Assembly: GCA_963663765.2 (NCBI GenBank)
Contig: CAXXUA010000005.1
Location: 1,216,001 to 1,280,000 of the forward strand
Direction of reading: 5' to 3'
Source: Candidatus Poribacteria bacterium
GTDB lineage: Bacteria; Poribacteria; WGA-4E; WGA-3G
Length of the DNA: 64,000 nucleotides
Part shown: positions 57,885 through 64,000 of the stretch, piece after piece
How positions within the stretch are numbered: the stretch's first letter is position 1
How the letters are laid out: every line of letters begins with the position of its first letter
Translations under genes and position numbers: made by a program
The notes under the pieces: generated by a model
What the model was told of the DNA's origin: nothing
The model's database searches: none
The model's input: only the letters and a program-made list of their open reading frames with translations

Positions 57885-60323
57885 TTAATCAGAATCCGTT
57901 TCAGAGATTTTCCCTACATCAACGAGCGTCTCATCATCTTGTAAAGTCATAAGTCTCACCCCTTGCGTAGTACGCCCAATCTGACGTATGTCACTGACAG
58001 CCATGCGTGTTATATAACCTGTTGAACTAATCAAAACAAGTTCATCTGTATTCGCAACTAACTTTGCTGACACTACTGCACCATTCCGCGCTGAACGCTT
58101 GATAGCTGTCAATCCTATACCACTACGCCGCTGTGAACGATAAGCTGATAAACCTGTCCGTTTACCATAACCATTTTCTGTAACAATAAGAAGCGAATCG
58201 TTTTCATCTGCGGAACAGACCATGTCAACAACAAAATCTTCTTCAGCAAGGCGGATACCACGAACACCTCGCGTACGTCTACCCATACTTCGAACATCCG
58301 ATTCACTAAAGCGGATAGAATTCCCATTATGACTTACCAATATAACATCGTAGTTCCCATCGGTCAGCTCCGCGCCAATTAAGAAATCGTCCGAGTCTAA
58401 ATTAATCGCTATAATTCCACTTGTAATACGATTCCGGAATTCTCCCAGTGAAGTCTTCTTGACAATCCCACGTTGCGTTGCCATCAGAATATACTGATCT
58501 TCATTAAACTCTCGGATAGGAAGAAATGCAGTGATCGTTTCCGAGTCACTCAGTTTTAACAAATTAACAGCAGCGCGGCCCGCTGCTTGGCGTGATCCTT
58601 CCGGTATCTCAAAAACTTTTAACACAAAACACTTTCCAAGACTCGTAAAAAACAATAGAGATTGATGGGCAGTCGCTATTATCAGCTGCTCCAAGAAGTC
58701 CCCATCTTTAGGATTACCACCCTTGATTCCAACACCACCACGATTTTGCTTCCGATAAGTATCTATCGGAATACGTTTGATATAGCCAGAATGTGTAAGA
58801 GTAACCACCATCTCCTCATCAGCGATCAGATCTTCCATTTCAAAACTCTTCATTTCTGAGACTATCTTCGTACGACGATCATCCCCATGCTCCTCTTTCA
58901 ATCCCTCTAATTCCGTTCGGATGATGTCAGTGACGAGATCTTCACTTTCAAGAATAGCTTGCAGTTCCGCAATAGTCTCAAGCAGCTCAGCATATTCATC
59001 GTTAATACGCTGCCGTTCTAATCCTGTCAACTGACGTAAGGTGAGTGATAACACCTCGCGGACTTGCGTGTCAGAAAACTCAAATTGCGTCTGGAGTTGA
59101 TCCATTGCTGTTTGTGGGGTTTCAGAATTTTGCACGATCTCAATCACTTCCTCTATATGCTCCAAAGCAATACGGTAACCCTCTAAAACATGTGCACGAT
59201 GTTGACACCGTGCCAAATCATACTGCGTACGTCTACGGATAACATCCCTACGATGCGCAAGGTAATGGCGCAAAATATCGGGTAACGTTAATACCTTAGG
59301 CAGCCCTTCTACAAGGCAGAGAAGATTCGCAGCAAAATAATGCTGCATCTTCGTGTGTTTGTAAAGTTGATTTAAGATAACTTGCGGCACCTCTCCACGT
59401 TTAAGTTCAATCACGATACGAATATCTTCATCAGATTCGTCTCGAATATCTGAAATACCAGTAATCGTATTCCCTACTTGATCAACCATCTGTTGAAGCA
59501 ACAAATTTTTCTTTACCTGATAAGGAATTTCAGTAACAATAATTTGCTCGCGGTCACCACGAGATTTTTCGTGAGTCATAGGCTCAATTTCCACTCTCGC
59601 ACGCACCGTCATACTACCTTTGCCGGTAGTATACATATCTTTGATGCCTGTTCTCCCAACGATAATTCCTGCTGTGGGAAAATCCGGTCCAGGCATAAAT
59701 TCAATCAACTCATCAACCGACGCTTCCGGAAAATCAAGAACATGCAACAGCACATCAACAATCTCGTTAAGATTATGTGGTGGAATCTTCGTTGAATAAC
59801 CGATACCGATTCCATCCGTGCCATTGACAAGCAAATTCGGAAGTAGACCAGGCAGAACAGTAGGTTCTTCTAAAGACTCTTTATAATTGGGTTGGAAGTC
59901 AACAGTATCCTTATCAATATCCCGAAGCAGTGTTTCAGCAATCTTTGAAAGCCGACACTCCGTGTAACGCATTGCACCCGCAGGATCATCATCAATAGAA
60001 CCAAAGTTCCCTTGTCCATCAATTAAGGGATAACGTGTACTGAACTCCTGTGCAAGCCCAACAAGCGTACCATAAATCGGACCATCACCGTGCGGATGAA
60101 AATTCTTCATTACCTCACCAACAACAGCTGCACATTTATCGTAAGGACGACTACTCGTGAGATTAATCTCACCCATCGCATAGATGATACGGCGCGCACT
60201 CGGTTTCAAACCATCCCGCACATCAGGGATTGCCCTATTCGTATTGACACTCATCGCATACGTGAGATACGAAGTCTGTAGTTCGGTTTCTATTGATCGC
60301 CTAATGATGTTTTCTTCTTGCAT
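57885..60323 (-). CDS. gyrA: DNA gyrase subunit A
   Basis: PDVRDGLKP, HPHGD, AMRYTE, GPDFPT, GyrA-box QNRGGVG, beta-pinwheel repeats. Confidence 0.97.
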   Translation of the reverse strand: MQEENIIRRSIETELQTSYLTYAMSVNTNRAIPDVRDGLKPSARRIIYAMGEINLTSSRPYDKCAAVVGEVMKNFHPHGDGPIYGTLVGLAQEFSTRYPLIDGQGNFGSIDDDPAGAMRYTECRLSKIAETLLRDIDKDTVDFQPNYKESLEEPTVLPGLLPNLLVNGTDGIGIGYSTKIPPHNLNEIVDVLLHVLDFPEASVDELIEFMPGPDFPTAGIIVGRTGIKDMYTTGKGSMTVRARVEIEPMTHEKSRGDREQIIVTEIPYQVKKNLLLQQMVDQVGNTITGISDIRDESDEDIRIVIELKRGEVPQVILNQLYKHTKMQHYFAANLLCLVEGLPKVLTLPDILRHYLAHRRDVIRRRTQYDLARCQHRAHVLEGYRIALEHIEEVIEIVQNSETPQTAMDQLQTQFEFSDTQVREVLSLTLRQLTGLERQRINDEYAELLETIAELQAILESEDLVTDIIRTELEGLKEEHGDDRRTKIVSEMKSFEMEDLIADEEMVVTLTHSGYIKRIPIDTYRKQNRGGVGIKGGNPKDGDFLEQLIIATAHQSLLFFTSLGKCFVLKVFEIPEGSRQAAGRAAVNLLKLSDSETITAFLPIREFNEDQYILMATQRGIVKKTSLGEFRNRITSGIIAINLDSDDFLIGAELTDGNYDVILVSHNGNSIRFSESDVRSMGRRTRGVRGIRLAEEDFVVDMVCSADENDSLLIVTENGYGKRTGLSAYRSQRRSGIGLTAIKRSARNGAVVSAKLVANTDELVLISSTGYITRMAVSDIRQIGRTTQGVRLMTLQDDETLVDVGKISETDSD

Positions 60324-60377
60324 TTACTTCTCTTATATATAATCGTTATCGGTAGTCAACTGCCAACCATCACTATG

Positions 60378-60577
60378 CAAAGGTACTCAAGTGTCACTTA
60401 AGTACCTTGTGGGAGGGGTTTGTAACCCCGATTTCTTCGGTAGGAGTGACCCAGAGAATGCATAAATGACATTCATACCCAGGGAATGCCCTAAGGCATT
60501 CATACCGTTGATTTCTTGATTTACGGGTCGCGAAAACTCCAAATAATTAAGAACATTTTGACAATTGAATGCCTCTA
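60378..60577. mobile_element. MITE family F copy with nested REPs, between gyrB and gyrA
   Basis: Ends CAAAGGTACTCAAGTGTCA / TGACAATTGAATGCCTCTA; CATCACTAT(G/A) repeats at 60368-60377 and 60578-60587. Confidence 0.7.
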
Positions 60578-60622
60578 CATCACTATATTGTTTGAAAATC
60601 CATTTTTAACCAACACATACAA

Positions 60623-63187
<2,565 letters not shown>

Positions 63188-63382
63188 TTATAACTTATTG
63201 GTTTATCAATTATACCAATTCGGAAGTGTGAAAATGAACAAGGTTTGGATGAACAGCATGGAAAGAATATATCCGCTCGTTTTTTAACATAAAGTTATAA
63301 TATTTTATTAATTCAATAGTGTTTTTCACACCAAATAGCATTCACTAAAAATCAGCAATCTAAATTTATGTTTTCTATATTT

Positions 63383-63411
63383 ATTATAACACAATTTACC
63401 CTTTTTGACAA
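63383..63411 (-). promoter_or_regulatory. sigma70-like promoter for gyrB
   Basis: TTGTCA-17-TATAAT with extended TG. Confidence 0.6.
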
Positions 63412-63458
63412 CTCTTTTTTTATCTATTTTGTGAAAATTATTACAATGTTTTTTATTC

Positions 63459-63998
63459 TTATTTCTTAAACCCTTTTATTTCATTGCACTGCGTAGTAAA
63501 AAGCGTTTTTAACGCATCTTTCAACTCTAAATCATTAACTATAGAGGTAGCAACTTCAATCAGTTCTTGCATTTCAGGTGGCACAGATTTTACAGAACAT
63601 TCAACCAATTCCGACCCCAATTTAGATGTATCACCATTCGGATTATTAGCAGCATTCATTTTCGCAACATTAGGGTTTAAACGAAATTGAACATCAACCA
63701 CCCTATTTTTCTTCGGAGAACCCACACTCTTTAAACTCATTTCTTCCAACTTACTTTCAAATTTTGACAAAATCTCTGTCTTCATTAGAGACAATTCATG
63801 CGCATAAGCAGGATGTGCTACCTCAACATACAAAACACCACGTTTTAAAGAAACTGGATTGGTCTGTGCTGCAATAGTCTTACCAACAACGGATTCCCAA
63901 ATGTTAAAAACACGACCCTCTTGGATTTTATCAAACCAACCGCGTTCACGCACCATAACTTCTACAACACCATGAGCCTCAACTGTCCTACGTCGTGT
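63459..63998 (-). CDS. DUF721/DciA family protein (5' end probably outside window)
   Basis: W.SVVG..IAAQT.P....GVLYVEV..PAYAHEL; frame open to the window edge; upstream of gyrB. Confidence 0.8.
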   Translation of the reverse strand, partial: TRRRTVEAHGVVEVMVRERGWFDKIQEGRVFNIWESVVGKTIAAQTNPVSLKRGVLYVEVAHPAYAHELSLMKTEILSKFESKLEEMSLKSVGSPKKNRVVDVQFRLNPNVAKMNAANNPNGDTSKLGSELVECSVKSVPPEMQELIEVATSIVNDLELKDALKTLFTTQCNEIKGFKK

Positions 63999-64000
63999 AT

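Overview
About 40% GC (by eye) bacterial chromosome segment. The repertoire of WD40, TPR and lamin-tail proteins, a PorU/PorV-like pair, DUF6785 and GTAG/GTGG REP hairpins suggests Ca. Poribacteria or a similar marine lineage; this is inference only. Housekeeping genes: gshB, pyrD, aroC, mgtE, a ROK kinase, namZ-anmK, gyrA, gyrB and a DUF721/DciA gene cut by the window edge. Envelope/secreted proteins: alpha-2-macroglobulin, a C25 sortase-like protein plus PorV-like barrel, a zinc metalloprotease and lipoproteins. Defence-like loci: a PARIS-like ABC-ATPase/DUF4435 pair, an Rpn nuclease followed by a free-standing copy of its putative intragenic antitoxin, and a degenerate HEPN. Intergenic DNA holds at least six non-autonomous TIR element families with different target-site duplications (2, 3, 5-7, 6, ~10 and 19-20 bp). 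Most carry REP hairpins and several are nested in each other. Other oddities: a 1142-aa degenerate Prim-Pol/helicase/wHTH protein, two half-CHAD genes, a GH32 lacking its acid/base Glu, and gyrase substitutions at drug-binding positions. No rRNA, tRNA, CRISPR array or intact transposase was seen. All family calls come from motif recognition, not database searches.
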